From: the human T2T-CHM13v2.0 reference genome, Homo sapiens | DNA length: 64,000 nucleotides | Reading direction: 5' to 3' (one strand) | Assembly (NCBI RefSeq): GCF_009914755.1 | Contig: NC_060936.1 | In this document: positions 14,776 to 29,247 of the stretch, one piece after another | Layout: every line of letters begins with the position of its first letter | Position numbering within the stretch: position 1 is the stretch's first letter | Position numbers and translations under genes: made by a program | Notes under the pieces: generated by a model | Told to the model about the DNA's origin: nothing | The model's database searches: none | Seen by the model: the letters and a program-made list of their open reading frames with translations, nothing else

Positions 14776-17078
14776 AAGACAAAAATTCCAATTCACCAGT
14801 GAGTTCAGGCGCAGTTCCCTGGGGATAGCAAAGCTTGTGTGTTACAAATGCTTAAGGAACAAAAGGGAAACCTCGGAGTTGGAGAAAACCATTTAAAGCT
14901 ACATGCCAGCCTCTACTTTCCCTCTGTCCAACCCCACACAATTTATAACCCCAGTCTCCCTGGCAATTAGCCCAGATCTCCCTCCACGGGGAGGGGTAGT
15001 TAGAGCTGGTCATGTGACCACGGGGTCACATGGCCCAGAGCTGGGCAGAAGCAGTCCAGGTCGTCAAAGTGCTCCATGTGCTTTGCTCTGTGGGGCTGAT
15101 TTGTTGCCCCTTCTGTCCCAGCTTGGCCTGCTTGGAGGAACACCTGCGTATTGGGGTCTGCCTCTGCACTTCCCAGCCTGGTTTGCCTTCTCCTGTGCTA
15201 GAGGGGAATGACTGGGAGAAGAAGCTGGGGTGGTAGGCTTTGTGTCCTTGGCAAGTCCTTTATCCTAAAAATGGAGGCTCCTAAGTGAGCCTTAGTCCTC
15301 TCCTAAGTGAGCCTAAGTGAATTATCTCCTAAGTAAGCCTTAGTCATTTTCTAAGTGAGCTTCACCATGGCTTTCCTCAGCTGCAAACTCCAGGAGCTGC
15401 CCCTCTCAGGGACAGTAACAGCTGAAGTCCTCATGGAAGGGGGAACCTCTCCACCCTCATCCCCTCACCCCCTGCACCTCTGGGAGGTTCCTTTCCCACA
15501 CCAAGCTCATTCCCTCCCCACTTTAGGTTTCTGCATTTGCTGTTCCCACTGCCTGACACACCATTCCCCCAGCTCCTCCAGTGGCTAATTTCTTCTCATC
15601 CTTGAGGTCTCATTTTAATTGTCGCTGTCTCTTGTCATCCAATTACTGCCTACCCTCACCCCAGTTCCCATCATTGCCTCATCACCCCATTTCTCCGTCT
15701 TCACAGCACTCACCCTATCTGAAACTATTTGTTCATCTGTCTATTGCCCATCTCCCTTCTAGAATGCAAACTCCATGACGTGTGTCCCATCTTACTTGTC
15801 TTATTCACAGCTGAATCCCCATTCCTGATAACTGTGCTCAACACAGTAAGGACTCAATAAAGTTCATGAATGACTGACTGACTCATTTTGCAGATGAGGA
15901 AACTGAGGCTCAGGGAAAGTAAGTGATTATCTTAAAGTCCACCACAAACTATCTGCAGACTCTGAAGTCCTTATTCCTTTCTTTAGGTTATACTTTTCCC
16001 CTCATCTGTAAAATGGGGACAATGATGGCTCCTGACTCTAATGAGAAAGTTACAGGACCTAGAAATACCCCTTCCTCTAGGTGGGAACTCGAATTAGAAC
16101 AACACAAGCCCAGGTTTCTTCTCCCTCTTCAGGTGGGAAGCCTTTCAAACCCACTGCTAGCAGTGCCCAGAGAAGGAAACCATAAAACCCGTGACAGCAT
16201 GGTTTATTGCACCCATGCAAACACACCCCCAGGCCAAATCAAGTTTCTCCCAAATCACAAAACCCTAGAATGTCAGCGCTGGCAGAGAACTGGGGGACTG
16301 TGTAGCCTGGAGGCTCCCAGACCTCACTCAGCAATGGCCTTACTTGGGGAACAATTTTGAAACTCAGATTTCTAGGCTCTACCCTGAGCATCTATGCTAG
16401 TTGGAAGTGCAGAGGGTTTGCTGGGCTCTAACACCTGGAAAAAACAAAGGGAGGAAGCAGGATGGGGCATGGGGTCGGGTCAGACCACAGATGTGCAGAT
16501 ATGACACATTTCTGCCAGCCCAGTGGGGAGCTGCAGATCAAAGGTGGTTAGAGGAGTCCTCAGTTGGGCAGAAATGACCATGGCCCTGGTGCCACTGCCA
16601 TGCTCACTGGCCAGGTGCCGCCCTAAGGAGATCATGCCCTCAATCTCCCAGGGCCTCGCTCAGCCACTGGCCAGGGGCAGCCCAGAAAAAGCATGACCTT
16701 GAAGGAAGCAAACACGGATGAGCTGGAAGTTATCTACAGAACACACCCCCGCAGCGGGGCAAGGAGGCTTTTCTTGAAGGGAAGGCAGTGCATCTCCATG
16801 CTGCTGCACTGCTCAAATCCATAAATCATAAAATCCCAAATCATAAAACCCTAGAATGTCCCCTGGAGGGACCTGAGATTTGGTATTTTAGTAAGTTCTC
16901 TGAGTGCCTTAAGCTCCTAAATGACTCCTTTTCCAGTGCTCTTTCCTTTGCTCAGGCTTCTCCAGGCCAGCACAGTCAAGATGAGCATCCATCCCATATC
17001 TGGTAGCCACATTTCAGGAGAGATGGAAAGAGGCAGGTGGCCCAGGCTTCAGGATCTGAGAGAGATGGTTTAGGGCCT

Positions 17079-17289
17079 TGGTTCTTAATCAAGGGTAATT
17101 GTGTCCCCAGGAGACATCTGGCAATGTCTGGAGACAGTCTGGTCATAACAACTGGGGCAGGAGGTGCTAGTGGCCTTTAGTGGGTGGAGGTCAACGATGG
17201 TGCTAACATCCTACAATGGATAGGAGAGTCCCCACCCCAAATAATTATCTGGCCCAAAATGTCAATAGAGCTGTGGTTAGTAAATCCTG
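17079..17289. mobile_element. MER20 DNA transposon
   Basis: ggcaatgtctggagaca...aattatctggcccaaaatgtcaatag consensus. Confidence 0.85.
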
Positions 17290-18270
17290 GTCCACGACCT
17301 TCCTGAAATCAGGGATGGTATTTGGTGAGTACTAGGTGCATTTTCCTGATTTTGGCTTCCCCAGTTTGGGCTGTGACCCAGACTAGGTTAGGACCTTCTG
17401 TCCTCTGGGCTCTGGCTTGCCAGAGCCATCTGGTGCCTAAACCTGCCATCCTTGTGTTCCCTCCAGGCCTTTGCACTTGCTATTCCCCCTGCCAGAACAA
17501 TCTCTCCTACCCACCCCCAGCCTTCTTCATCACCTGATGCCTTTATTCATCACTTACTCTGTGCCAGGAACTGTGCTCAGTACTTGCCTGGTTTTTCTCA
17601 TTTAGTCCTCACAAGCACCACCCTCTGAAGGTGGTGTGATTGTTGTCCCCTATTTAGAGATGAGGGAACAGAGACATAAAAGGGTTAAGTGGCTTGCCCA
17701 AGGCCACACAGTCAGGGAGTGACAAAGCTGGAATCCCAGCTCAGGCAGGCTCCAGAGCCCAGAATCCTAACCACTGCACCACCCTGCCTCCAACAGTTGC
17801 CTTCCCACACTGTCTGTCCGTGCACTGGTCCGCAGCCTCCTCCAGGCTCTGGGCTTGGTGTGGGCAGGGACCTTGTGCCTGGCATGGTTCCTTTTACAGA
17901 AGGGGCCCTCTGGAAACATTTGGTGAGTGGATGAATTCATAGCATTCTGGTCTCCTTTCTCAAAGCTCTATGGCTACACTCAGGTCAGCATCAGAAGGCA
18001 AAGAGCCTGTGATCCACCGTTGAGTTAGAATTGAGCATTCGAGTTCCTGGTTCTCATTGGAGAGTGATGGAAGAAATGACCACTTGAGGAAGGCTTCTCT
18101 AGGTTTGGTGGAAGCCATAGACACCTATGTTCATTACTGTGACTCCATGTCCCTTCTGTGAATGGTCACAGGATAGAGCTTGCTTTTGAGGACATTGTGT
18201 CTAGGGAAACACTGGGCCCCTTCCTCACCTTGGTGTTTCCAGTGCTGGGTGTGGTGCCTGCTGAACAGTG

Positions 18271-18720
18271 GTGCATTAGATTCCAAGGGCAGCTGTAATA
18301 AATTGCTACAAACTATGTGGCTTAACACAACAGAAATTTATTCTCTCATGGTTCTGGGGGCCAGAAATCCAAAATCAAGGTGTCAGCAGGGCCATGCTCC
18401 CTCTGAAGTCTCCAGGGGAGGATCCTTCGTTGCCTCTTTCAGCTCCTGGTGGCTCCAGCCATTCCTTGGCTTGTGGCTTCTTCACTCCAGTCTCTGCCTC
18501 CATCTTCTTGTGGGTATGCATGTGGTCTTCTTCTCCTTTTCTGTATCTTATAAGGACATTTGTCATTGGATGTAAGACCCACCCTAAATCTAGGACGAGC
18601 TTATCTTGAGATCTTTAACTACATCTGCAAAGACTCTATTTCCAAATAAGGTCACATTCACAGGCATCAGGGGTTAGGAACTGGACATATATTTTTGATG
18701 CCGCTATTCAACCCATGATA
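18271..18720 (-). mobile_element. MLT1C-like LTR
   Basis: aaatttattctctcatggttctgg...atttccaaataaggtcacattc. Confidence 0.8.
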
Positions 18721-18800
18721 GTGAAGTAGTTACAATAAAACAACAGTATTGGTATCAATGATACTGATATCCACGGTTAATTATTCAGTTCCAATCCTGA

Positions 18801-19123
<323 letters not shown>

Positions 19124-19419
19124 CCCTAAAGACTTTACCTGCAGCGTCTTCTTTGATACTCACACCAACTCTCACTCCTCCCCAATTCACAGACAAGGAA
19201 GCTGAGACTCAGAGAGAGGCAATGTGACTCTCTTCCAAGGTCTTAAATTTCCAAACCTGGCTGTGCATCTGAATCACCTGGGGTGGGAGAGCTTGTCTTA
19301 AAAAAAATGCAGATTCTTATACCTTATCCACAGATGATTCTGACTTATGAAGGTCTAGGATGAATAAAAAAATCAGCATTTTTATCAAGAGGAAATTTCC
19401 TCCTAGTTAGGTTTGGGAA

Positions 19420-19920
19420 TGTGTCCTGGTTACTGTTGCTGTGTAACAAATTACCCTGCTCCTTAATGGCTTAAAACACTCATTTTAATTTGTTCTGGGT
19501 TTTGTGGGCCAGGAACTTGGGAAAGGCTCAGCTGGGCGGTTCTCACTTGAGGGTCTCTCATGCGGTTGCAGTTCACATGTTGGTTGGGGCAGCAGTCAGT
19601 TGAAGGCTCAGCTGGGCTGGATGTCTGAGATGGCTCCCTTCTGGTGACTGGCAGGTGATGCTGGCTCTCTGTCAACAGGGGCTTCTCCAGGTGGCTTCTT
19701 CAGCATGGTGGGCTCAGGGGCACTGGACTTCTCAGAGAGAGGCTCACAGGCTCCAGGCATGAGGAGATCACACAGCATCACTTCTTCCATATTCTTGGTT
19801 ATAAGTGAGTCACAAGCTCATCCAGATTCAAGTAGGGAGAGGAGGGGGACAGAGACCTCACCTCTCAGCAAGAAGACAGTCAAGGAATTTGTGTTCATTT
19901 AAAAAAAAAAGACTGTGACA
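19420..19920 (-). mobile_element. Old MLT1-type LTR
   Basis: tgtgtaacaaattacc...aatggcttaaaaca reverse MLT1 end. Confidence 0.65.
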
Positions 19921-20190
19921 GAGTGGCTGCACATTACCTAGCAATACCTTCCTTTTGTCTTTTGGCCGAATGTTCGTTGAAGTAGGTTATTTTAAGATGA
20001 ACATTATCCTGGAAAAAGGACGTCAAGCCAGGCTGGAAGACCTCACTCCTACCTACCCCATCCACCCGATTCCCACCCCAACCAGACTGGAGAAATGTTG
20101 TTTAGTCACCAAGTAGGGGGACAAAAAAGAGAATGGAAACTTCTATGTTGGCTCTGACACTTTCTCTCCCTCAATCCCATCCATACCATC

Positions 20191-20543
20191 TGCTGTGGTC
20201 TAATGTTTGTGTCCCCCCAAAATTCCTTGCCCTTAATGTGATGGTATTAGGAGGTGGGGCCTTTAGGGGGTGGTTAGGTCATGAGGGTGGAGCCCTCATG
20301 AATGGCATTAGTGCCCTTAGAAAAGAGACCCCTGAAAAATCCCTTACCTCTCCCACCACGTGAGGACACAGCTAGAAGGTGCCATCTATGAACAAGGAAA
20401 CAAGTCCTCACCAGACACCTAATCTGCTGCCATCTTGATCTTGGACTTTCCAGCCTCCAGAACTAAGAGCAATAAATTTCTCTTGTTTATAAGCCAACCA
20501 GCCTATGGTATTTTTGCTACAGCAGCCCACATGGACTAAGACA
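20191..20543 (+). mobile_element. MLT1A-type solo LTR with intact 5-bp TSD
   Basis: TG...CA termini, internal AATAAA, and flanking CCATC at 20186-20190 and 20544-20548. Confidence 0.9.
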
Positions 20544-23119
20544 CCATCCCTCACCATGGGAGAGAGGAGGAAAGAAGGAGGTCTCTGTGTTTCAGTATGA
20601 ACCAGTTCTAAAGGCAGCCACAGCCTTCTGGTTCCCGAAAACAAAAGTGGATTGGGGGTTGTCTGTCCCTTGCCCTCCCTTGACAAACACTTCTCCCTCT
20701 ATCTTTCTGGGTGACCAGCTCCTATTCTCTTTGCCTCAGTTTCCCCTCTATATCTGGGCTGAAACACAGATTGCAAACTTGTTAACAGATTTCGTGTGTC
20801 CCTTTTAATGCTTTTAATCTGAATGTGCCGTCATTTTTAAAAATAAGAAAATTTCACCTTTAAGCAAAATCTGGTTTAAGCAAAATCAGCACAGCTGGCC
20901 TTTCTGAGCCCCTCTTCCTGCATGACAAAGACCGAATAGTGGCCACCCCCATACAGGGGCTGGGGCTCACATGTTGCCCATCCCTCAATGCCTTTCAAGT
21001 GTCTTCCCACCTGCCCAGCCCCTGCAGGCACTGGAAGCTGCAAGCCACGGTGTACATTGTACATTGTGAGTTAGATAGCTTGATGCCCACTCTGCAGATG
21101 AGGAAACCGAAGCACAGAGAGTTTAAGCGACTCCCCTGAGGCCAAATGCACAGGCGATTGCAGGGCCCAGATTCAGGACTCCTTCTCCCTTTTCTCCACA
21201 GGCACTGCCGCCTCTGAGTGGTCAGCACTGCCCCTCAGAGAGAGGCCTACCTGGTTCATTTCCCAGTGAAGCACCTGAATGATGCTCCTCCCTGTTTGTC
21301 TCTTCGAGGGGCTGGGCTATTTCAGGGCCAACTTCCTCACCATCTTCACCTGCAAGGCATTTCTCCTACAAGCTGGGAGAAGCCTGTTTCAGAGAAGATT
21401 CAAGAGACAGAGCAGATCCTGCTTAATGAGCAGTGGGCAGCAATGGAAGAATGAATGTCCAAGGAGTGGGGGAGGGGATGCTGTAAGGAGAACCGGTGAG
21501 GGCACCCAATGACTTCACGGAGCTGGCCACCCTCTCTCCTGTTGGTGCCTCAATCCACGGGGACTCCAGGTAAGAACTACCTGTGCCATGAGGGCCCTCT
21601 CAGCTCTCAGCTCCCATCAGGCTTCTCCTGTGCCCAGTGCCCCCAGAGAGCAAGGGGTCCAGGGGTTCCTGCCATTCATTCACTCATTTGCTCATTCATT
21701 TAACAGCACAAAGTGTATTTACTGAGCAACTACTATGTGCCAACACCAGGCACTGCCTTAGGACTGGGAACACAGCAGAGAATAGGTAGAAAAAGAATTC
21801 CTGTCCTGGTGGAGGTGACAGTCTGTTGGAGGTGGCAGATGGTAAATAAATACATTGACACACAAAATCATATATAGGAGGACATGCTATGCAGGAAGAG
21901 CAAAACAGAATAAAAGGCCAGACAAGAACGATAAGGGTCACTATTTTACATGCAAAAAAAGGAGAGGAGGGGAGAGGAGGGGAGAGAAGGGGAGGGGAGG
22001 GGAGGGGAGGGGGAGGGAAAAACCCCACCTCCCTGCAAAGGGACATTTGTAGAGACAGGGGTCTTGCTATGTTGCCCAGGATGGTCTTGAATTCCCGGCC
22101 TCAAGGTAATCTTTCCATCTCAGCCTCCCAAAGTGCTGGAATTAAAGGTGTGAGCCACCATGCCTGGCTGGGGCAAACGGACATTTGAGAAGCCGTTGGC
22201 ATGAACTAAAGGAGTGAGCCATAGAGGTGGAATGTTCCAGGCCAGGAACAGCAGGTTGGAGTCCCTGAGTGGGCGGGTACCTGGGGCACCCAGGCCGGGG
22301 TGGTAGGGATCAGGGGAGATCAGAGAGATCACAGGCAGGATCTGGTAGGTGCTTGGTTTCAGCCTGCATGAGATAGGAGCCGTGGAAGGAGTGATAGGAT
22401 CTGACTTAGGTTGTCAGAGGCTCACCCTGGCCACCAAGTGGGAAATGGATGTGGGGGGCAGTAAGGCCAGGATGGAAGCAGAGAGACCAGGGAGGAGGCT
22501 CTGGTGTCATCCAGGTAGAAGCAATGGGGGCTTGGACCCACGTAGGTGTAGAAGCGATGGGACAAAAAGGTCAGACTCATGGGGAAAGTGACAGATTTGG
22601 GCACCTCCACCCCAGCCAGCTGTCCCTCCTCCCTTTCCTGCATAGGTGGAAAAGGAGCAATAAGTGATAGGCCCATTTCCAGATTCCTGGATGGGTGAGG
22701 GAAGGGCTCCCAGCTCCTCAAAAAAGATGCCCTGCTGGGAATCCACTCAGCCTCCCAGGAGATGGGGCCTGGGAAGCCACATTGGGGTTAGCAGCAGAGC
22801 TGGTGAGTTCAGTGCTTGGGCAACGGTATCAAGTGAGACCCACATTTCCCCTCTAGTCAGCCTCTCTAGTGCTGGTCAGCCATCTCAAAATGCATGTCTT
22901 TTGCAAGAAGGGTCTATTGTGGCTCATGACATAAGGGCTAAGTCCCCACTCTGCCACTCACTAGCTGTTCGACCTTAGGCAAGTGGCTGCACCTCTGTGA
23001 GCTTTAGCGTTTCCATCTGTAAGTTGGGGACCTTTAAATAGTGCTTATCATCTCAAAGGGTTACTGTGAGGATGGAATGAGATAGCGTAATGAAAGCACT
23101 TAGCACAGTGCCCGAAACT

Positions 23120-24360
23120 GGCCCTGTCAGAAATGGCCATGATATCTAGGAGCTCCTCCTATCAGGAGGTAGAGTCTGTTTCCCCAGTCCTTGAACCTGA
23201 CCTGGCTCTGTGTCTTGCTTTGTCTCCTAGAATGCAGGGGAAGTAATGTTGTGCCCATTTCAAGCCTCAGCCTTAAGTGGCCTTGTAGCTTCGGCTCTTG
23301 GAACCTGATGCCTACAAGCAAGGAAGCCTGCGCCAGCCTGTTGGATGATGAGAGACCCCTATCCCTGTGGACAGCCAGCCAGCCGCCAGACACGGGAGTG
23401 AGGCCTAGATCATTCAACCAATGTTCAACCTACCAGCTGCCTGCAGACACATGAGCAAGACTGGCCAAGACCAGCAGAGCCAGCCCACACCAAAAGTGTC
23501 ACCCAGCCAACTCACAGAGTCACAGACAAAATCAATTGTTATTCTGAGTCCTAAATTTGGGGGTGGGCTGCTGTGTCATAAACACCAACTGACCCAAAGC
23601 CAACTCAGCTTGTGTGCCTTCCTGTTGTCTAGGCTTAGCACAGGTGCCACACTAAATAATGCCCCACCCCAAATGTCCACATCCTAATCTCCAGAACCTT
23701 TGACTATGTGACCTTCCATGGCAAAAGGGATTTTGTGGGCGCGATTCAGTTAAAGATCTTGAGCTGGGGAAATGATCCTGGATTATCTGGGTGAGTCCAA
23801 TGTTGCCACAGGGATCTTTATAAGAGGGAGGCAGAGTCAGAGAAGGAGATGTGATAATGGACGCAGAGAGAGAGAGACTGGAAGATGCTACACAGCTGAC
23901 CTTGAAGAAGGAAGAAGGAGCTACAGGCCAAGGAATGCCGGTGGCCTCTACAAGCTGGAAAAGGCAGAGAAACAGGCTCCTAGAGCCTCCAGGAGGAATG
24001 TAGCCCTACCGATGCCTTGATTTGGGGACTTTTTTTTTTTTTTTAGAGATAGGGTCTTAAAAAAAAAACCCTATCAAAACTCAGAACAATGATTGATTTT
24101 GTTTGTGACTCTGTGAGTTGGCTGGGTGAGTCTTTTGGTGTGGATCTGACCCTTGGCTATATTGCCGAGGCTAGCCTCAAACTCCTGGATTCAAGCGATC
24201 CTCCTGCCTCAGCCTCCCAAGTAACTGGGACCACAGGCATGCACCACTATGCCCAGTCTCAGGACTTCTGACCCTCAAAACTGTAAGAGAATAAATGTTT
24301 GCTATTGTAAGCCACCAGGTTCGTGGTAATTTGTGACAGCAGTAACGGGAGGCGAACACA
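23120..24360 (+). mobile_element. Two adjacent MLT1 LTRs (~23120-23600 and ~23640-24360); the second is interrupted by an Alu fragment (24030-24260)
   Basis: MLT1 motifs (gatcctggattatctgggtg, ctgtaagagaataaatg); ggactt is duplicated around the Alu piece. Confidence 0.7.
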
Positions 24361-25764
24361 GCATACTAGGTCTCTGTGCCCACTGCACTTCCTGCCTTCT
24401 GATTAAAAGCAAGCTGGGAACCCGTTTTCCTTGAGACAGATGACCCTGACTATTGACAGGTATAAGGAATCAGAGTAAAAACAGCAATCATAATAACAGT
24501 TACTATTAATTCTTGAACCCTTATCACATGCCAAGCACATTAGGCTAATGGCTTTGTATATGTTATTTCATTTAATCTTCACCTAAGTCATTTGAGGAAG
24601 TACTATTTCCAGCCCCATTTTACAGATGGGAAAACCGAGGCTCAGAGAGTTTCTAAAACATACCCAAGGCCACACCACTAGAAAGTGGCAGGAGAGAGTC
24701 ACATCCGGGTCTGTATGATCCCTGACGATCAGACACTCAAACCTTCCCTGGGCTCAGCTCATGCAGGAGGAACCCTCTTCTCCCTCCCATCTCTGTTTTG
24801 CCTCTTCCCCAGGTCGGGCAGGGGGGCTTCCGATACATTTCCCTTACTCTCAGCCCCTTTTTCTTTCTCCCTAAGCCTCAACAAAAGGCTCTTTCACTCT
24901 TCACATGCCATTTTATCCGGCACAGACAGCCTGGCATTTTTGAGAGGAACTTTATTTTCTTTTGGCTTTCTCTCTGCTTTGTAGCAAAGAAAATAGAAAT
25001 TGCAAAATTATAGACAAGTTCTCAGACTGTAGATTTCTGATCCCAAGAATTCCCTGCAGCCAGGACCGGTTGGCACTGATGACTGGCACAACGCCTAGCT
25101 TCCCCTCCTCCCAGCTCCAGGCCTCCACCTGCTGGGCGGCATCTTGTCTCCCATCCTTGCGAGAGATTTACCTAAAATTAACAGTACACGATGATCTCAC
25201 TTGTAGAGGACGTCTGTGACTCGTACTTGACTCCTTGTTATGTGAGAAGCACTCCAGTTCTTTTAGGGGAACCGCAGCTTGCTCCCTCTCAGGCCAGGTG
25301 GCCTTGATGTAGCTGACTCCACCCCCAACTTGTGGGAGAGGCAGGTGACCCAAGGCCAACGACAGTGCCACATCCCCTCTCCCATAGTGACTGGTCCAGG
25401 CACGGGCATGTGCCCCAAGATGAGCCAATCAGAACTGAGGAACAAGGATTCCTGTGTCTTTCCTGGCACTATCGGGTAAAAGTCACTCTCATTTTTGTTG
25501 TGGTCAATGGCTGAGCAGCTGGCGACCATCGTTGCCAATGTATGGGGAGAGGGTGCCTGAGGCTGAAGCCAACACAGAGGAAAGTACAAGTGAGATTTCA
25601 AAAAAGACAAACTCTTGAGGCCATTGTTTGAGGACCTGGATCCAGCTGTGCCTGAAGTCCTAGATATAACCATTAACTTTTCAGTCAATGAGAACATAAA
25701 TTGCTTTTTGCTTAAGCCACTTTGTGCCAGGTGTCTATCACATCCAGCTTGACCAATGTAATAG

Positions 25765-26092
<328 letters not shown>

Positions 26093-26374
26093 TAGTTTGG
26101 GTTCTCCTGAAAGCAGAGCTTGAGACAAGGACTTGGGTGCAGATAACTTATTTGACCAGTGATCTCTGGAAGCAGGAGTGAGGGATGAGGGAGAGTAAGT
26201 CAGGGAAGGAGGAACGTCAATGTAAAAGTGCCATTACAGATAACAAAGACTCAATCTCTCTGGAACCTGTTGAGGGGTGTAGAGAATGCTTTCCAGAATT
26301 GTCTACTGAAGACCAGAAGACTGCAACAGCATCCACTGTCCTTCACTGTCACGAGGGGCTGACCCCAGGGGCGA

Positions 26375-26872
26375 TGTGGTAGGCAGAATGATGACCTCTA
26401 AAGCTACCCATTTCCTAATCTCCAGAGCATGTGAAATGTTCGGTTACATGGCAAAGGGTATTAAGGGAGCAGATGAAATGAAGGTTGCTAACCAGCGGAC
26501 CTTAAAACAGGAAGACCATGCTGGGCTATCTGGTGGGCCCCGTGTAACCACAAGAGCTCTGATAAGTGGAAGGGAGGGGATGACAGAGGGACAAGCAGAG
26601 ATGGCAATGAGAGAAAGACTCAGCCCAAAACACTGCTTGCTTTGAAGATAAAGGAAGGGACCATGAGCCAAGGATTAAGGGCAGCTTCTAGAAGCTGGAA
26701 AAGGCAAGGAAACAATTCTCCCCTAAGCCTCTAAGGGTGCAGTTCTTGATTTTTAGCACAGCGAATCCCATGTCAGGCTTTTGACCTCCAGAACTGTAAG
26801 ATAGTGAAGGGGTATTGCTTCAAGCCACCCAGTGTGTGGCAATTTGATACAGTCGCTATAGGAAAGTAATAC
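26375..26872 (+). mobile_element. MLT1D-like LTR
   Basis: tgtggtaggcagaatgat...ggaaagtaataca termini. Confidence 0.8.
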
Positions 26873-27304
26873 AAGTCATAACCCTCCATGTCCAGGCTGC
26901 ATTGTGTATGGTTGAGTGGACTCCCATCACATCCAACAGGGCCTAAGACCAAAAGAGGAAAGACACACAGCTCATGCTGGAGGCTGTGTGCTGTCACCAT
27001 GGTGAATCTCAGTTTGCTTGCACAGAATGGCCCACTGCAGCTGCAACTTAATTAGAGTTGGGCCAAAGGAACACCATGACATGGGTAACCAGAGGCAGCT
27101 GCCACAAGCAGTTCCTTTGTGCCAAGCACTGTGCAACTGAGTAACTCCATCCCTGCCCATGGCAGACATCACTAATCAATTACAGCATTCTTGCTCCATA
27201 AGTCCAGACATGGCTGCAACATCATTCCTCACATAGTGCTCCAGGCAGGCATTACCGGTGTGATTGGAGTTGGAAGGGTCAAGAGGTTCCATGGCCATTA
27301 TCGG

Positions 27305-27470
27305 TTGAAGATGAAGGAAGGGGCCATGAGCCAAGGATTAAGGGCAGCTTCTAGAAGCTGGAAAAGGCAAGGAAACAATTCTCCCCTAAGCCTCTAAGGG
27401 TGCAGTTCTTGATTTTTAGCACAGCGAGTCCCATGTCAGGCTTTTGACCTCCAGAACTGTAAGATAGTGA
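27305..27470 (+). repeat. 166-bp local duplicate of 26642-26807
   Basis: Direct alignment, 163/166 identical. Confidence 0.95.
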
Positions 27471-27961
27471 CGGTGGAGGATGAATCCACCATCCTCCTCA
27501 ATAGCAAAGCTTCAAAATCCTAAAATTGAGAAAGGAAAATACTCTTGGGAACACAGCTCTGCCTAAGAGAAATGTTACTAAAGGGATTCCAAATTCTTCC
27601 CTATCTCCACCCTATGTCCACATCACCCCAAGATTTGCCTCTTCCCTTGGGTCTTCTTATTACTTATATGACTACCACATGCTAGTAGATTACTAGTGTC
27701 TACAACCATGAAAATTGCTTCTACTTATTGAGCACCTGTTCCATGCCAGACACTGTTATAGACCTGTTGCCTAAATTTTAGAACATTCTCAGAATGAAGG
27801 TATTAGCCCTACTTTGAAGGTGAAGAAATTGAAGTTCAGAGACATTAAGTGCCTCTTACTAGCCTAGGGTCATATCATTGCCACTCCTAGTAAGGGAAGT
27901 GCTCCCTTAAATGAACAAAACATAAAAGCAAGCTGCTTGCATTTAATGATACAGCATGAGG

Positions 27962-28362
<401 letters not shown>

Positions 28363-28970
28363 TCATCCAGAGTTTCCTAAGCAGCTACTATATGCTGGGT
28401 GCTGGGGCTACGGCACTGACTCTGCCAGATATAGTTTCTATCCTCATGGAGTTCACAGTCTCCTCGGGGAGGAGAGACCACACACAGGCCAATACACAAA
28501 CAACAAACTTCCAGGTTGTGACAAGTGTCCTGGTGGGCATGAGGAAGGTGCCAAGATAGAGAACTTCAAGATGGCCTCTTTGAAAGCAGCTCTTTTCCTC
28601 CTTACAAACTCCCTCCCATCTGCTTTCTGGGCTTCTCCCAAGCAGGTCACTTTTATCCTCAGTGCCCAGTGGTACAAGTCCATTTTCTCAAAAAGCTACC
28701 CATTTCCCATCATGGTTCTCATTTCAGTCTCCCTAATCATTTTGGCTCATCTTCCTGTATTAATTAATTAATTAAACATTTATTGAGCTCTGACAGTGTG
28801 TATGAGGATGGCCATATAGTTCGCTCTGACTCTGTGATTACCCCCATGAACTCTATTATCCTGGGCACCCAAAACCATGGTGACTGAGGTATGAGGTCTA
28901 CAATCCATATGTTAATAGATTGCTAGAGCCATAAGGATCCTGGAGTTTATTTGCAGAGTTTGAAAGTTCA

Positions 28971-29247
28971 CCAGCACTTTGGAAGGCTGAGGCAGGAGGA
29001 TCACTTAAGCCCAGGAGTTGGAGACTGGCTTGGGCAACATGCTGACACCCCATCTCTACAAAAAATACAAAAATTAGTCGGGTGTGATGGTACATTCCTA
29101 TAGTTCCAGATACTCAGGAGGCTGAGGTGGGAGGATCACTTAAGCCCAGGAGGGAGGTCGAGGCTGCAGTGAGCTATGATTACGCCACCATACTCCAGCC
29201 TGTGTGACAAAGTGGGACTCTGTCTCCAAAAAACAAACAAACAAAAA
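28971..29247 (+). mobile_element. 5'-truncated Alu (J-type)
   Basis: Starts at ccagcactttgg. Confidence 0.9.

Noticed and set aside
15278-15362. Short repeats with spacers, superficially CRISPR-like
   Set aside because: Irregular spacing, no unique spacers, eukaryotic context, no cas genes.
26642-27470. A/G-only differences as evidence of an edited-RNA template
   Set aside because: Only three sites, and G appears to be the ancestral LTR state.
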